Shown here piece after piece: positions 28,951 to 39,712 of a DNA stretch of 64,000 bases. A program made the translations under genes and the position numbers. Below the pieces are notes generated by a model, which saw only the letters and a list, made by a program, of their open reading frames with translations, ran no database searches and was not told the DNA's origin. The stretch covers positions 96,001 through 160,000 of the forward strand of contig JBFJCP010000001.1 in NCBI GenBank assembly GCA_041615815.1. Direction: 5' to 3'. How positions within the stretch are numbered: the stretch's first letter is position 1; each line of letters starts with the position of its first letter. This DNA is from Gemmatimonadales bacterium (GTDB lineage: Bacteria > Gemmatimonadota > Gemmatimonadetes > Gemmatimonadales > GWC2-71-9).

Positions 28951-30380
28951 GGAGTCACGGGATTCTTGAGCCAAACGATCAAGGTAATTATAGCCACCGC
29001 GAGCACGTTGAGACCGATCCCCGCTCGCGCCATGTCCCGAGTGGAAACTGCACCGGATCCAAAGACGATGGCGTTGGGAGGTGTCGCGACCGGTAGCATG
29101 AACGCCATGGACGCCGCGAGCGCGCCGGTGATCATGAGCGGAAGCGCGGGAACTCCGAGACCCGCGGCGACCCCCACCATGAGGGGCATTCCCAGGGCTG
29201 CGGTCGCGGTGTTGCTCGTGAGCTCCGTGAGCAGGACGAAGAGCGTCGCCGTGGCCAACAGCACCACCGGTAACGGCGCCCCTGCCAAACCCTGGAGCAG
29301 CCCGCCAACCCACTCCGTGAGCCCGGTGCGCTCGAACGCACTGGCCAGGGAAAGGCCGCCGCCAAAGAGCAAGAGAATCCCCCACGGAACTTTGCGGGCG
29401 GACTCCCAATCCAGTGCCACGGCGAATCGCGACCGCGGCAGTGGAGTCACGAACAAGATGACGGCGGCCGCCAGGGCAATTCCCGCGTCGGAAATGCCCG
29501 GAATGAGATCGGTGAGTCCGGGAATCCGGATGGCGCCAAGGCTCTTCGGTGCGCGTACTATCCAGGCAGTCGCCGTCAGCGCAAAGACCGTGAGGACGAA
29601 TCGCTCACCACCGGAGAAACCCCCGAGATCCCGCCCTTCCCGATCGACGGCCTCTGCGAGACCCGGCAACGCGCCGCGTACACGAAACATGAGGACGAGC
29701 AAGAGCCAACAGGCAAACAGCATGGGAATCGTGATCAGGAGTCCCGTCCCGATCCAGCTTCCAAAGGAAATCTCGACACCCAACAGCTCGCGGGCGGCGC
29801 CCGCCAGAATCGCGTTGGGCGGGGTACCGATGAGGGTGGCCACGCCTCCGATGGAGCACGCGTAGGCAATTCCCAACATCAATGCGGTAGGAAACCCGGT
29901 AGCCGCTCTTCCACCGGTTCCGCGCGTGCCCACCACCGCCGCCGCAATGGGAAGCATCATGAGCGCCGTCGCGGTATTCGAGATCCACATGCTGGCTGCC
30001 GCAGAGGCGAGCATGAAGGCCAACACGACCCGCGGGGCATCCGTGCCCACGGCCCGGACGGTGGCGAGCGCGAAACGCCGGTGCAGCTCCCACCGCTCGA
30101 GCGTTGCCGCCAGAAAGAACCCACCGAGGAATAGGAAGATGATGGGGTCCGCGTAGGGAGCGGCCACTTCCCCCACCGACCCGGCACGAACCAACGGGAG
30201 CAGCACGATGGGAAGGAGCGCCGTGGCTTCCAGGGGAACCACCGCGGAGAGCCACCACACCGCCATCCACGCGGCGAGGCCCGCCACGCGCCACCCAGTA
30301 GCCGCGAGGAGCGGCGGGGGTGGGGTGACCAGGCCAACGAGAAAGAGCAGGGGCCCCAGCAGGAGCGCAACGCGTCGCAT
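28947..30380 (-). CDS. DASS/SLC13 sodium:di-/tricarboxylate symporter
   Basis: two SNT motifs (ISNTAT, TSNTAT), IGTPPNA, PVATPPNAIV. Confidence 0.93.
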   Translation of the reverse strand: MRRVALLLGPLLFLVGLVTPPPPLLAATGWRVAGLAAWMAVWWLSAVVPLEATALLPIVLLPLVRAGSVGEVAAPYADPIIFLFLGGFFLAATLERWELHRRFALATVRAVGTDAPRVVLAFMLASAAASMWISNTATALMMLPIAAAVVGTRGTGGRAATGFPTALMLGIAYACSIGGVATLIGTPPNAILAGAARELLGVEISFGSWIGTGLLITIPMLFACWLLLVLMFRVRGALPGLAEAVDREGRDLGGFSGGERFVLTVFALTATAWIVRAPKSLGAIRIPGLTDLIPGISDAGIALAAAVILFVTPLPRSRFAVALDWESARKVPWGILLLFGGGLSLASAFERTGLTEWVGGLLQGLAGAPLPVVLLATATLFVLLTELTSNTATAALGMPLMVGVAAGLGVPALPLMITGALAASMAFMLPVATPPNAIVFGSGAVSTRDMARAGIGLNVLAVAIITLIVWLKNPVTP

Positions 30381-31246
30381 TATCGAGAGGGGAAAATCGC
30401 GAGGGGCGTGGAACGAGTAACCTGCGTCTTCAGGTCCTCCTCCAAGGGGAGACCGAGAAACTGGTCGAGGTTCTCACGCAGGTCGCGCACCCCGGGACTT
30501 GGCCAATCTGTTCCCCAGACCACGCGATCGCCGATCTCCGCCAGCCGTGGGAAGTACTCCAGCAGTTTCTTGGGCGGAATGCCCGACAGTTCCAAGTACA
30601 CGTTGCGATGCCGACGCATGATGAAGAATGCTTCGTTCATCCACAGTGGGCGCCCGCCGTGCGCCATGAGGATCACCAAATCAGGAAAGTCGATGGCTAC
30701 GTCGTCGATCTCCATCGGACGGCCATACTTCGACCGCGCGCCGGGGAAGATGCTGGTCCCGGTGTGGATCATGACCGGCAGGCCGCGCTCCTCACAACGC
30801 CGGTAAATGCGGCCGAGGGCCTCGAGCCCCAGCGTGTAGGCGTTGGCCGGGAAGACTTGGTGGGGCGGGTGGATCTTGAGACAGCGGATGCCGAGCTGCA
30901 GGAGCTCTTCCACCTGGCCCTCCGGGTCCTGCGTGAACCGCGGATGCACACCACCGTAGGGCAGAAGTCGCTCCGGCGCTGCGGCCGCGTACTCCGCGGC
31001 GAAGGTGTTGGTGGAATCGTCGAACCCCATCAGGTCCGGACTCGGATAGTTGACCAGCCCGACCCGCCAGACCTCGCTGTCGTCCAGCACTTCGAGGAGA
31101 GCCGCAGGGTCGTCCATCAGCGCGAGGAGGCGCTCCCAATGCGCCTCTTTCCCGCGCCGCATCACCGTGGCTACGTGGGGCTTGAGTTGCCGCCACGGCT
31201 GGATGTGAATGTGGAGATCGCTGACCCCAGGGGTACCAGCGGTCAT
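30380..31246 (-). CDS. amidohydrolase family protein (Amidohydro_2)
   Basis: DLHIH, KIHP, IHTG, AHGG, WGTDWP. Confidence 0.88.
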   Translation of the reverse strand: MTAGTPGVSDLHIHIQPWRQLKPHVATVMRRGKEAHWERLLALMDDPAALLEVLDDSEVWRVGLVNYPSPDLMGFDDSTNTFAAEYAAAAPERLLPYGGVHPRFTQDPEGQVEELLQLGIRCLKIHPPHQVFPANAYTLGLEALGRIYRRCEERGLPVMIHTGTSIFPGARSKYGRPMEIDDVAIDFPDLVILMAHGGRPLWMNEAFFIMRRHRNVYLELSGIPPKKLLEYFPRLAEIGDRVVWGTDWPSPGVRDLRENLDQFLGLPLEEDLKTQVTRSTPLAIFPSR

Positions 31247-32025
31247 TGGCCGGTAAACGTGGCCTTGCGTTTCTCGAGGAAGGCGCTCACGCCCTCCTTT
31301 TTGTCTTCGGAGGAAAAGGCAAGACCAAACAGCGTGGTCTCGAGACGCAGGCCCTCGTCGAGCGGCTGCCGCACGCTGGCGCGCACCGCCTCTTTGATCA
31401 GCTGGAGCGCTACCGGGCTTTTCTCGGCAATGGCGGCGGCGAGCGCCCGGGATCGTTCTCTCAGCTTGTCCGCGGGGTGGACTTCATCGACCAAGCCGAG
31501 ACGCCATGCCTCCGATGCCGGGATCATGTCGCCGGTGTAGAGGAGCTTGTAGGCGGCGCCGAGCCCGACCAGGCGGGGGAGACGCTGCGTTCCCCCAGCT
31601 CCCGGTAGGATACCCAGGTTGATCTCCGGTTGACCGAGCTTGGCGTTCTCCGATGCCACACGGATGTCGCACGCCATCGCCAGTTCGCACCCACCACCCA
31701 AACAGAACCCATTGATGGCAGCGATGATCGGTTTGGGAAACGCGTCGGCCGCCTCAACCATGCCGAAGCCTTTCATGATACGGAACTGCTCCATCGGCGT
31801 GCGGCCCTCGAACTCGCCGATATCCGCTCCCGCAATGAACGCCTTTGGGCCGGCCCCGGTCACGATGACCACCCGGACATCGCTGTTGGCCTCGAGGTCC
31901 TGCAGGGCGCTGACGAACGCCCGCCGGACCTCGGTGTTCAATGCGTTTAGCTTGTCGGGACGATTGATAGTGAGGGTAGCAACGTGACCGTCGATCTCGG
32001 TCAGGAGGACTTTTTGGCTGGCCAT
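31243..32025 (-). CDS. enoyl-CoA hydratase (crotonase/PaaF-like)
   Basis: [26 protein letters not shown]. Confidence 0.92.
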   Translation of the reverse strand: MASQKVLLTEIDGHVATLTINRPDKLNALNTEVRRAFVSALQDLEANSDVRVVIVTGAGPKAFIAGADIGEFEGRTPMEQFRIMKGFGMVEAADAFPKPIIAAINGFCLGGGCELAMACDIRVASENAKLGQPEINLGILPGAGGTQRLPRLVGLGAAYKLLYTGDMIPASEAWRLGLVDEVHPADKLRERSRALAAAIAEKSPVALQLIKEAVRASVRQPLDEGLRLETTLFGLAFSSEDKKEGVSAFLEKRKATFTGQ

Positions 32026-32873
32026 TCGTAGAACCCCTTACCTGTTTTCTTTCCGAGTTCACCCGCGGCCACCTTCGACTGCAGGATGGCGGGCGGAGCG
32101 TAGTGCGGTTCGTCGAGCTCACGATGCAGATGCTCGGCAATGGCGAGGCGCACGTCGAGACCCACGAGATCGCTCACCTTGAGTGGCCCCATGGGGTGGC
32201 CGTACCCCAGCTCCATCGCCTTATCGATATCCTCCGCGCAGGCCACACCCTGTTCCACCATCCGCATCGCTTCTAGCCCGAGCACGACACCCAGGCGGGA
32301 TGATGCGAAGCCCGGCGAATCGCGAACGATGATGGGCTCCTTGCCCATGCGGAGCGTCACGTCGCGCACCAGCGCCACCGCCTGCGGGTCGGCGCCGTCC
32401 GGAACCACCAACTCGACGAGCTTCATGATATGCACGGGATTGAAGAAGTGCATCCCCACGACCCGTGCGGGCGCGGTGGCAGCCTCCGCAATGGCCGTCA
32501 CCGAGAGGGCGGAGGTGTTCGTCGCCAGGACACAGGCGGGAGACACGAGTCCGGCCAGCGTACGAAACAGTGTCCGCTTGGCGTCCAAGTCTTCCACGAT
32601 GGCCTCGATGACCAGGTCCGCCCCCGCGGCCGCCTCTGCCAGGTCGGCCGCGGCGGTCAGTCGCCCGAGCGTGGCCTCGGCCGCATGCGCTGTCATTTTT
32701 CCGCGCGCGATCCCTCCGTCGAGATTCTGTCGGACCCTGGCGAGGGCCGCGGGCAGAGCATCCGGGCGACTGTCGGTGAGCGCAACGGTGAAGCCGGCCG
32801 CGGCAGCGACCTGTGCGATCCCATGCCCCATGGTGCCGGCACCGATCACCGCGAGCTTCTCGATATCACTCAT
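32001..32873 (-). CDS. 3-hydroxyacyl-CoA dehydrogenase (Hbd/PaaH-like)
   Basis: GAGTMGHGIA, IEAIVE, NTS, GMHFFNP, PMGP, GKKTGKGFY; ATG 32873. Confidence 0.93.
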   Translation of the reverse strand: MSDIEKLAVIGAGTMGHGIAQVAAAAGFTVALTDSRPDALPAALARVRQNLDGGIARGKMTAHAAEATLGRLTAAADLAEAAAGADLVIEAIVEDLDAKRTLFRTLAGLVSPACVLATNTSALSVTAIAEAATAPARVVGMHFFNPVHIMKLVELVVPDGADPQAVALVRDVTLRMGKEPIIVRDSPGFASSRLGVVLGLEAMRMVEQGVACAEDIDKAMELGYGHPMGPLKVSDLVGLDVRLAIAEHLHRELDEPHYAPPAILQSKVAAGELGKKTGKGFYEWPAKKSS

Positions 32874-33544
32874 CGAGCTCCGACGACCGTGCGAGCGACG
32901 TCGGGCACATTGGTGCAGAGGCCATCGATGCCCAAGGACTGGAGATCGCGCATGCGGGGCGCGTGATCCACCGTCCACGCGTACACCCGGACGCCGCGCT
33001 CGTGGGCGCCGCTCACCAGGGCTCGGTCGATGAGGTCTTCCCCCTGCCAAAGCTCGGTGGCGCCGATTTCCGCGAGAGGGCCAAAGGGATCGACGGGATA
33101 CGAGGAGGAGAGTGCGCCATACACGAGACGTGGCCGCTGCTTCTGGAGCCGCTGAATGATGCGATGGTCGAACCCATGGACGTGATACTGCTCGGGCGCC
33201 GGACCGGCGTCCAGCTCGGCGAAGAGCGCTGCATCCCGGTGGGCTGGGAGCGTCTTGACCTCGACGAACACCGTGAGTTGGTCGAGAACGCCGAGCGCCT
33301 CGGCGAGGGTGGGCAGCGGCTCGCCGTTGGCAAGCCGGTACTCACGAACGCGCGTTAGGGGGACCTCCGGGATCGTTACGGCACCGATGTGCGGATCGTG
33401 ATACAGGACGAAGTGCCCATCCATGGTGGTCTGCACGTCGAGCTCGACGGCGTCGGCGCCGAGGTCTCTCGCCGCCCGGAAGGCGGCGAGAGAATTCTCG
33501 GGTTCGTAAGCGGAAGCACCGCGGTGGGCGATGACGAGGGTCAA
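32870..33544 (-). CDS. glycerophosphodiester phosphodiesterase
   Basis: IAHRGAS, ENS, ELDV, HD, EVK, WTVD; TTG 33544 overlaps the upstream stop. Confidence 0.9.
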   Translation of the reverse strand: MTLVIAHRGASAYEPENSLAAFRAARDLGADAVELDVQTTMDGHFVLYHDPHIGAVTIPEVPLTRVREYRLANGEPLPTLAEALGVLDQLTVFVEVKTLPAHRDAALFAELDAGPAPEQYHVHGFDHRIIQRLQKQRPRLVYGALSSSYPVDPFGPLAEIGATELWQGEDLIDRALVSGAHERGVRVYAWTVDHAPRMRDLQSLGIDGLCTNVPDVARTVVGAR

Positions 33545-34653
33545 TTGACCGAGGCCTGACGATGCTCGATCCAATCCCGGTCTTTCATGAGGTCGTCAAG
33601 GAGATCATAGTCCGCCTTGCTGGGCAACACGGACTCGAGGTACTGCTCGTAGCGCTCTGGGCTCACCTCGTTCCCATCCACGTCATAGCACTGGTGCGCG
33701 TAGAGGCCGATCCTTCGGTTGAACTTGACGTGCGGCAACTTGAGCCACCGGTCTTGCTCGGGAATGTACCGATTGAGCCGATCCACGAGTCGGGCACACT
33801 CCTGACGGTACAACTGGCGCGACGCCTCGTTGAGACTCGCCTGGTCCGCCGGTTCCGGGTTGTCCCGCTCATCGAACCGCCCTTTGAGCCCCCAGACATA
33901 GGCCCAGTGGGCCGACGACGAGTTGTCCGTGCCAAAAAGATCGAAGGCAGTGGGAACCCATTTGTTGAAGAACCGCTGCATCACCTCGGGGGGAACGCGG
34001 CCGGCCTTCAGGATCCGCATGAGGCCGTTATTGCCCGTACCGAGATGGTAGCTCTCTTCCTTGAGCATCGGTCCCATGGAGCGGGCGAGGGGGTGGAACG
34101 ACGATACCGAGAGCATCTTCAACTGAAACTTCCCATCCCGATCGATGAATTGCGTATAGGTGAAGAAATCGAGCCAGTTGTCGACGATCTCGTTGAAACT
34201 ACCGAGCAGCCGCTCGCCCTCTTCCGCCCGGCGCTCGAGCAGCTTCTGGGCCTCTCGGCGCCCCTCGTCGCCGAAGTGTTCACACAGCAGGTACGACATC
34301 TGCCAACCGTGGCGCATTTCCTCAGCCATGACCCGCATGATGGAGAGGAGGTCGTAGCTCGAAGGGGGATTGACCAACAGGTTGCGCTGCTGCTCCACGG
34401 AGGCGAACTCCGTGTCGCCCTGATAGACGATGAGGTTCATCAGGGCGTCGCGAATGCGCTGGTCGGGAATGTGCATCAGCGTGGGCCATTTGCGCTGTCC
34501 CTTGTAATGCCCGAACTCGATCTCCTCGACTTCGGGCTCGCCGAACAGCACACCAAACTCGAAGTTCTTGAGCTCCTTGCGATCGAGGCCGATCGAGTCC
34601 TGCCAATAATAGAAGTAGTCGATCCACTCGTCCCAGTTATGCACCTTGCGCAT
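33541..34653 (-). CDS. BoxB-like di-iron aryl-CoA epoxidase subunit (PaaA/BoxB ferritin-like family)
   Basis: QGDTEFASVEQQR, EEMRH, FIDRDGKFQL, MLKEESYH di-iron motifs; 370 aa; ATG 34653. Confidence 0.85.
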   Translation of the reverse strand: MRKVHNWDEWIDYFYYWQDSIGLDRKELKNFEFGVLFGEPEVEEIEFGHYKGQRKWPTLMHIPDQRIRDALMNLIVYQGDTEFASVEQQRNLLVNPPSSYDLLSIMRVMAEEMRHGWQMSYLLCEHFGDEGRREAQKLLERRAEEGERLLGSFNEIVDNWLDFFTYTQFIDRDGKFQLKMLSVSSFHPLARSMGPMLKEESYHLGTGNNGLMRILKAGRVPPEVMQRFFNKWVPTAFDLFGTDNSSSAHWAYVWGLKGRFDERDNPEPADQASLNEASRQLYRQECARLVDRLNRYIPEQDRWLKLPHVKFNRRIGLYAHQCYDVDGNEVSPERYEQYLESVLPSKADYDLLDDLMKDRDWIEHRQASVN

Positions 34654-34663
34654 CGTCACCCCC

Positions 34664-35455
34664 CTATCTGCCTTGGTAGGCTGGTTCCCGCTTTTCGAGA
34701 AACGCCGTGAGTCCTTCTCTGGCATCGTCCGTTGTGAAGCACTGCAGCTGGTGATCCAGCTCCATGTCGAGCATGGCGGTGAGATCACTCGCCTCGCTCG
34801 CATAGAGCGCTCGCTTGGCGAGCGCGAGCGCCACCGGTGGCTTGGCGGCCAGCATTCGCGCAAACGCCTGCGTTTCCGCTTCCAGGCGATCGTGCTCGAC
34901 CACACGATTGAAGATGCCGAGCCGCAGTGCCTCGTCCGCCGGCAGCATGTCGGCCGTGAAGACCAGCTCGAGCGCCTTACTGACGCCCACGAGGCGGGGT
35001 AAGAAGTAGGTGCCGCCCCAATCGGGGTGCAGCCCGATCCGGTTGAAGGTCTGCCCAATCGAGGCCCGGGTGGACGCAATCCGCAGATCGCACGCGAGCG
35101 CCAGGTTGGCGCCCCCCCCGGCCGCTGCACCATTGACGCACGCGATCACCGGCTTTGGCGTGGACCGAATGGTGGTCACCACCGCGCGCCCAGCCTCAAC
35201 CAGTGCCCGGAAGGCCTCGTGGTCTTGCGCGTCCAACAACTCGCGCATGTAGCCGATATCCGCTCCCGCGCAGAATGCGCGGCCGGCCCCGGTGATCACC
35301 AAGACCTTCACCGAGGTATCGGCGGCCATCGCGCGCACGGCGTCCCCTACTTCCTGCCGCATACGACCGGCAAACGCGTTGAGCTTGTCCGGACGGTTGA
35401 GTGTGATCGTCCCGATCCCGTCCGTCTCCTCCACCAACACGTGGTCGAAGCTCAC
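34664..35455 (-). CDS. enoyl-CoA hydratase/isomerase, PaaG-like
   Basis: [33 protein letters not shown] (Asp-type isomerase signature); GTG 35455. Confidence 0.85.
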   Translation of the reverse strand: MSFDHVLVEETDGIGTITLNRPDKLNAFAGRMRQEVGDAVRAMAADTSVKVLVITGAGRAFCAGADIGYMRELLDAQDHEAFRALVEAGRAVVTTIRSTPKPVIACVNGAAAGGGANLALACDLRIASTRASIGQTFNRIGLHPDWGGTYFLPRLVGVSKALELVFTADMLPADEALRLGIFNRVVEHDRLEAETQAFARMLAAKPPVALALAKRALYASEASDLTAMLDMELDHQLQCFTTDDAREGLTAFLEKREPAYQGR

Positions 35456-36648
35456 GTTCGCTCCACGATCATCGCGATTCCCTGACCCACGCCAATACAC
35501 ATCGTCGCGAGCCCGTAGCGTCCCCCCGTGCGGCGCAGCGCGTGCACCAGCGTTGTCAGGATCTTGGCGCCGGACGCCCCCAGCGGATGACCGAGGGCAA
35601 TGGCCCCGCCATAGACATTGACGCGCCGCTGATCGAGCTTGAGCTCGCGAATACACGCCAGCGACTGGGCGGCGAACGCCTCGTTCAGCTCCACGAGATC
35701 CAAATCGTCCACGGACAGCCCGGCGCGCTGGAGTGCCTTGCGCGTGGCGGGGATGGGCCCCAGCCCCATATACGCAGGGTCGACACCGGCCACGGCCGTT
35801 GTGACGATGCGCGCCAGCGGCTCCATGTGCTCCGTGCCAGCAGCGCCCTGGCGAATGACCAGGAGCGCGGCCGCGCCGTCGTTGATGCCGCTCGTGTTGC
35901 CGGCCGTGACCGTGCCTTCCACCGCGAACGCCGGAGCCAGCGTCCCCAGCTTGGCTCTCGTGACGTCCGGCCGGGGATGCTCGTCGCGTTCGACCGTTAT
36001 CGTGGAGCCTTTGGGCCCCGGCACGGTCACCGACACGAGTTCGTCCTGGAAAACGCATCGTTCCATCGCCGTCTTGGCCCGCTGCTGGCTTTCGAATGCG
36101 AAGGCGTCCTGGTCCTCACGGGTGATCCCGTACCGGCGGGCCACGAGCTCTGCGGTTTGCCCCAGGGGAATCGTCCAGTCCTTGGGCATCCGCGGGTTCA
36201 CGAAGCGCCACCCCACGGTCGTATCCGCCATCTCCGGCGCCCGTCGATCCCACGCCGACCCTCGCTTGAGCATGACGTACGGGGCCCGCGTCATGCTCTC
36301 CACGCCGCCCGCCACGAACGCGCTTCCCTCGCCGGCTTTGATGGCTTGTCCGGCGCTGGCCACCGCCTGCAGGCCGGATCCGCAGAGCCGGTTCACGGTC
36401 TGGCCGGGAACGTCCACGGGGAAACCCGCGAGCAACGCAGCCATGCGGCCCACGTTGCGGTTGTCTTCACCCGCCTGATTGGCACAGCCGAGGATCACGT
36501 CATCGAGACGCGTTGGGTCGAACCCCGCACGGTCCACAGCCGCCTGCACCACCGTGGCCGCCAGATCGTCGGGGCGCACGTCAGCCAACGCGCCGCCGTG
36601 GCGCCCCACCGGTGTCCGGACAGCGGATACGATCAGGGGGTCGCTCAT
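35452..36648 (-). CDS. thiolase (PaaJ/PcaF, 3-oxoadipyl-CoA thiolase-like)
   Basis: [40 protein letters not shown]. Confidence 0.92.
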   Translation of the reverse strand: MSDPLIVSAVRTPVGRHGGALADVRPDDLAATVVQAAVDRAGFDPTRLDDVILGCANQAGEDNRNVGRMAALLAGFPVDVPGQTVNRLCGSGLQAVASAGQAIKAGEGSAFVAGGVESMTRAPYVMLKRGSAWDRRAPEMADTTVGWRFVNPRMPKDWTIPLGQTAELVARRYGITREDQDAFAFESQQRAKTAMERCVFQDELVSVTVPGPKGSTITVERDEHPRPDVTRAKLGTLAPAFAVEGTVTAGNTSGINDGAAALLVIRQGAAGTEHMEPLARIVTTAVAGVDPAYMGLGPIPATRKALQRAGLSVDDLDLVELNEAFAAQSLACIRELKLDQRRVNVYGGAIALGHPLGASGAKILTTLVHALRRTGGRYGLATMCIGVGQGIAMIVERT

Positions 36649-38078
36649 CCCAAGCCCATCCAGACCGTCTTGGTCTCGGTGTACCCATCCAGCGCCTCGC
36701 GGCCGAGATCGCGCCCGAAACCGCTGGCCTTGTATCCCCCAAACGGTGCCGCGGAGTCATACAGGTTGTAGGTGTTCACCCAGACGGTTCCCGCGCGCAC
36801 CGATCGTGCGACTCGGAACGCTTTTTGGATGTCCCTGGTCCAGATCCCGGCGGCGAGCCCGTACTGTGTCTCGTTCGCCAGGTGGATTCCCTCTTCCACG
36901 TCGTCGAAGGTCAAGACGGAGAGGACCGGACCAAAGATTTCCTCGTCGACGATCTTCATGCCGGGCTTGGCCTCGTCGAACACCGTTGCTTCAACGAAGT
37001 AGCCCTTGCCATTCACCGTCGCGGGTTTTCCCCCCGCCACGAGCTTGGCTTCGCGTTTCCCGGCCTCGATATAGCTGAGGACGGTTTCCTGTTGCCGCTT
37101 CGACACCACGGCGCCGAGACGGGTGGCGTTGTCAAAGGGATCGCCGGGGACGAGGCGTGCGGCACGTTGGGCAAGCTCTTCAATGACGTGATCGTGCACG
37201 GATCGCTCGACGAGCAAACGGGACCCCGCGGCACACACTTCACCCTTACCGTAGAAGATGCCATTCTGGGCACCCCGGACGGCCGCTTTGAGATCGGCGT
37301 CGGCGAAGATGATGTTGGGGCTCTTTCCACCGAGCTCGAGTGTCACCCGCTTCACCGTATCCGCGGCAGTGCGCATGATTCCCTTGCCGACCTCGGTGGA
37401 TCCGGTGAACGCGATCTTGTCGACACCGGGATGCTTCACGAGCGCAGCGCCCACCGTGGATCCACCGCCAAGGAGGACGTTGAAGGCTCCCGCCGGGAAG
37501 CCGGCCTCGGCCATGATCTCCGCCATGGCCAGCGCCGTGAGCGGCGTCTCGGAGGCGGGCTTGAGGATGACCGTACACCCCACCGCGAGGGCGGGGGAGA
37601 ACTTCCACCCCGCCAGGTTGAGCGGAAAATTCCACGGCACGATGGCACCGACGACCCCCACTGGCTCGCGGGTCGTGTAGACGAAATCCCCGCGCCCCAC
37701 CGGGAGGACCGTACCGGTCAGTTTGTCCGCCCACCCGGCGTAGTACTTCAAGGTGTCGACCGTCATGGCAATGTCGATCTTCGATTCGAAGAACGGCTTG
37801 CCGTTTTGCAGCGTTTCGAGCTTGGCGACATCGTTGCGTCGCTCGTGGAGCAGCTCCCCGGCTCGATACAGCATCTCCCCGCGGCGGCGGGCATCCAGCC
37901 CACGCCACTCGTCGCTTTCGAAACAGGTCCGAGCGGCGGTGACCGCCGCGTCCACGTCCTCGTCCGCCGCCTGCGCCACCGATGCGACGACCTCTTCGGT
38001 AGCCGGATTGATGACGGGGGCGGTGGCGCCGGAGGTGGCCCCCCGCCACTCGTTGTCGATGAAGAGCTCGGTGCGCAC
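36645..38078 (-). CDS. aldehyde dehydrogenase
   Basis: [36 protein letters not shown] 38078. Confidence 0.95.
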   Translation of the reverse strand: MRTELFIDNEWRGATSGATAPVINPATEEVVASVAQAADEDVDAAVTAARTCFESDEWRGLDARRRGEMLYRAGELLHERRNDVAKLETLQNGKPFFESKIDIAMTVDTLKYYAGWADKLTGTVLPVGRGDFVYTTREPVGVVGAIVPWNFPLNLAGWKFSPALAVGCTVILKPASETPLTALAMAEIMAEAGFPAGAFNVLLGGGSTVGAALVKHPGVDKIAFTGSTEVGKGIMRTAADTVKRVTLELGGKSPNIIFADADLKAAVRGAQNGIFYGKGEVCAAGSRLLVERSVHDHVIEELAQRAARLVPGDPFDNATRLGAVVSKRQQETVLSYIEAGKREAKLVAGGKPATVNGKGYFVEATVFDEAKPGMKIVDEEIFGPVLSVLTFDDVEEGIHLANETQYGLAAGIWTRDIQKAFRVARSVRAGTVWVNTYNLYDSAAPFGGYKASGFGRDLGREALDGYTETKTVWMGLG

Positions 38079-38905
38079 TACTGGCCCTTGAACGCGGCCA
38101 TGCGCTTTTCGACGTAGGCGCTCAGGCCTTCCTTGGCATCGTCGCTCTGGAAGAGCTGTTGCTGGAGCTCCCGCTCGATCGCCAAACCACTCTCGAACGG
38201 CACCTCGAGGCCCGAGCACACCGCGCGTTTGATGTTGCCAACCGCCTTGGCCGCCTTGTTGGGAGTGGTGAACTGCTTGGCATACATGACGACCTGATCC
38301 CAGAAGGTGTCCTTGGAGAACACCTCGTTCACGAGCCCGAGCTCCTGGCCCTTCTCGAAGGAAAACACCTCGCCCTTGATCATCACCTCCATGGCGCGCG
38401 CTTTCCCGATCAGCCGCGCGAGTCGCTGGGTTCCACCAGTTCCCGGCAACACGCCGAGATTGACCTCGGGCAGGCCGATCTTGCCCGCGTCCTGACAGGC
38501 GAGCCGGATGTCACACGCCATGGCGATCTCGAGTCCACCACCCACCGTGTGTCCGTTGAGCGCCGCGATGACGAGCTTGGGGGTATGCTCCAAGCGGTTC
38601 AAGGTCTCGTTGGCGTGGAGGCAGAAGAAGTACTTGAACCGCGGTGTGACGGACGAGAGCATCTTGATGTTGGCCCCGGCAGAGAAGAATTTCTTCCCCG
38701 CACCTCGCAGGATGATCACCTGCACGTCATCGTCCATCCGCGCGTCCAGGATGGCCTCGTCCAGTTGCCGCATCATTTCATAGGTGTAGGTATTGGCCGG
38801 TGGGTCGTTGAGCTCCATGATGCCCAAGCCGTCTTCCTTGCGGTACTCGACCAGGCGTTCGGTTTTCGCGGCTTTCTTCGATGCTGGAGTGGCAGTCGTG
38901 GCCAT
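38078..38905 (-). CDS. enoyl-CoA hydratase/isomerase
   Basis: FSAGANI, GGGLE, LPEVNLG, GGTQRL. Confidence 0.9.
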   Translation of the reverse strand: MATTATPASKKAAKTERLVEYRKEDGLGIMELNDPPANTYTYEMMRQLDEAILDARMDDDVQVIILRGAGKKFFSAGANIKMLSSVTPRFKYFFCLHANETLNRLEHTPKLVIAALNGHTVGGGLEIAMACDIRLACQDAGKIGLPEVNLGVLPGTGGTQRLARLIGKARAMEVMIKGEVFSFEKGQELGLVNEVFSKDTFWDQVVMYAKQFTTPNKAAKAVGNIKRAVCSGLEVPFESGLAIERELQQQLFQSDDAKEGLSAYVEKRMAAFKGQ

Positions 38906-38911
38906 GGGACG

Positions 38912-39511
38912 TCATCCTCCCTGAGAGATCGTCGTGGGTGTCGGGACTACGCCGTGGAGAAACAGCTGGGTGAAGTGGTGCGCCAGCGCGTCGGGCGCCA
39001 CGGGTCCCGTTGGGTCGTACCAATTGTAGATCCAATTCATCATGCCGAACAGCGCGTACGCAGACACGCGGGCATCCGGTCCCCGGGTGTCGTCGACGGC
39101 CGCGATGAGGGCCTGAAGCATGTCGACGTACCGTCGTTTCAACCGATCGATGGCCGCGTGTCGCTCGCCGCGAAGCACGTCGGCCTCGTGCGACAGCACC
39201 TTCATTTCGCTCATGTGCTGCGCGAAAAACGTCACGTGGTGCGTTATGAACCGGCTGAGGCGATCGAGATCGTCCTCGCCCTCCGCAATGGCCGTGGTCG
39301 CCCCCTCGAGGACCCGCGTGAAGCAGCGTTCTTGAATCAAGAAGAGCAGCTCATCCTTGCCGCGAACGTAGTAGTACATTCCGGCCAGGCTCATCCCGGT
39401 GACCCGGGCAAGGTCCCGCATGGTGGTGGAGTGATAGCCCTTGGCCGCGAACACCTGGGCCGCAGTCTCCAAGAGCTGCTCGAGCCGGTCGTCGTAGGAG
39501 GTATTTGCCAT
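38912..39511 (-). CDS. TetR-family regulator (PaaR/KstR2-like)
   Basis: AAQVFAAKGYHSTTMRDLA HTH, YYY..KDELL, C-terminal GMMNWIYNWY. Confidence 0.92.
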   Translation of the reverse strand: MANTSYDDRLEQLLETAAQVFAAKGYHSTTMRDLARVTGMSLAGMYYYVRGKDELLFLIQERCFTRVLEGATTAIAEGEDDLDRLSRFITHHVTFFAQHMSEMKVLSHEADVLRGERHAAIDRLKRRYVDMLQALIAAVDDTRGPDARVSAYALFGMMNWIYNWYDPTGPVAPDALAHHFTQLFLHGVVPTPTTISQGG

Positions 39512-39512
39512 T

Positions 39513-39526
39513 CGAACGTTCGTTCG
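39513..39526. promoter_or_regulatory. putative TetR operator CGAACG-TT-CGTTCG
   Basis: Perfect 6-bp inverted repeat between the -10 box and the TetR start codon. Confidence 0.7.
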
Positions 39527-39528
39527 GG

Positions 39529-39557
39529 AACTTAAGGGCGTGCTGTTGAGCGGTCAA
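39529..39557 (-). promoter_or_regulatory. sigma70-type promoter of the TetR/aryl-CoA operon
   Basis: Minus strand TTGACC-17 nt-TAAGTT. Confidence 0.65.
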
Positions 39558-39712
39558 GACACCCTGCTGACTCGATCCGGCATAAACGCGGTACCGTGCA
39601 TTGCGTTGTCGCGACACTGGTTGCGGTCCTGCGATTGGCCGGAGGGCCAGGACCGAGAACTTCCGCGCGCCTGGGCGCTTAACGTCTCGGGGGTGCGGAC
39701 GTCATACATGGC

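Noticed and set aside
33541..34653. Assigning boxB or paaA as gene symbol
   Set aside because: Shorter than typical BoxB and lacks boxA/boxC or paaBCE neighbours; only family-level support
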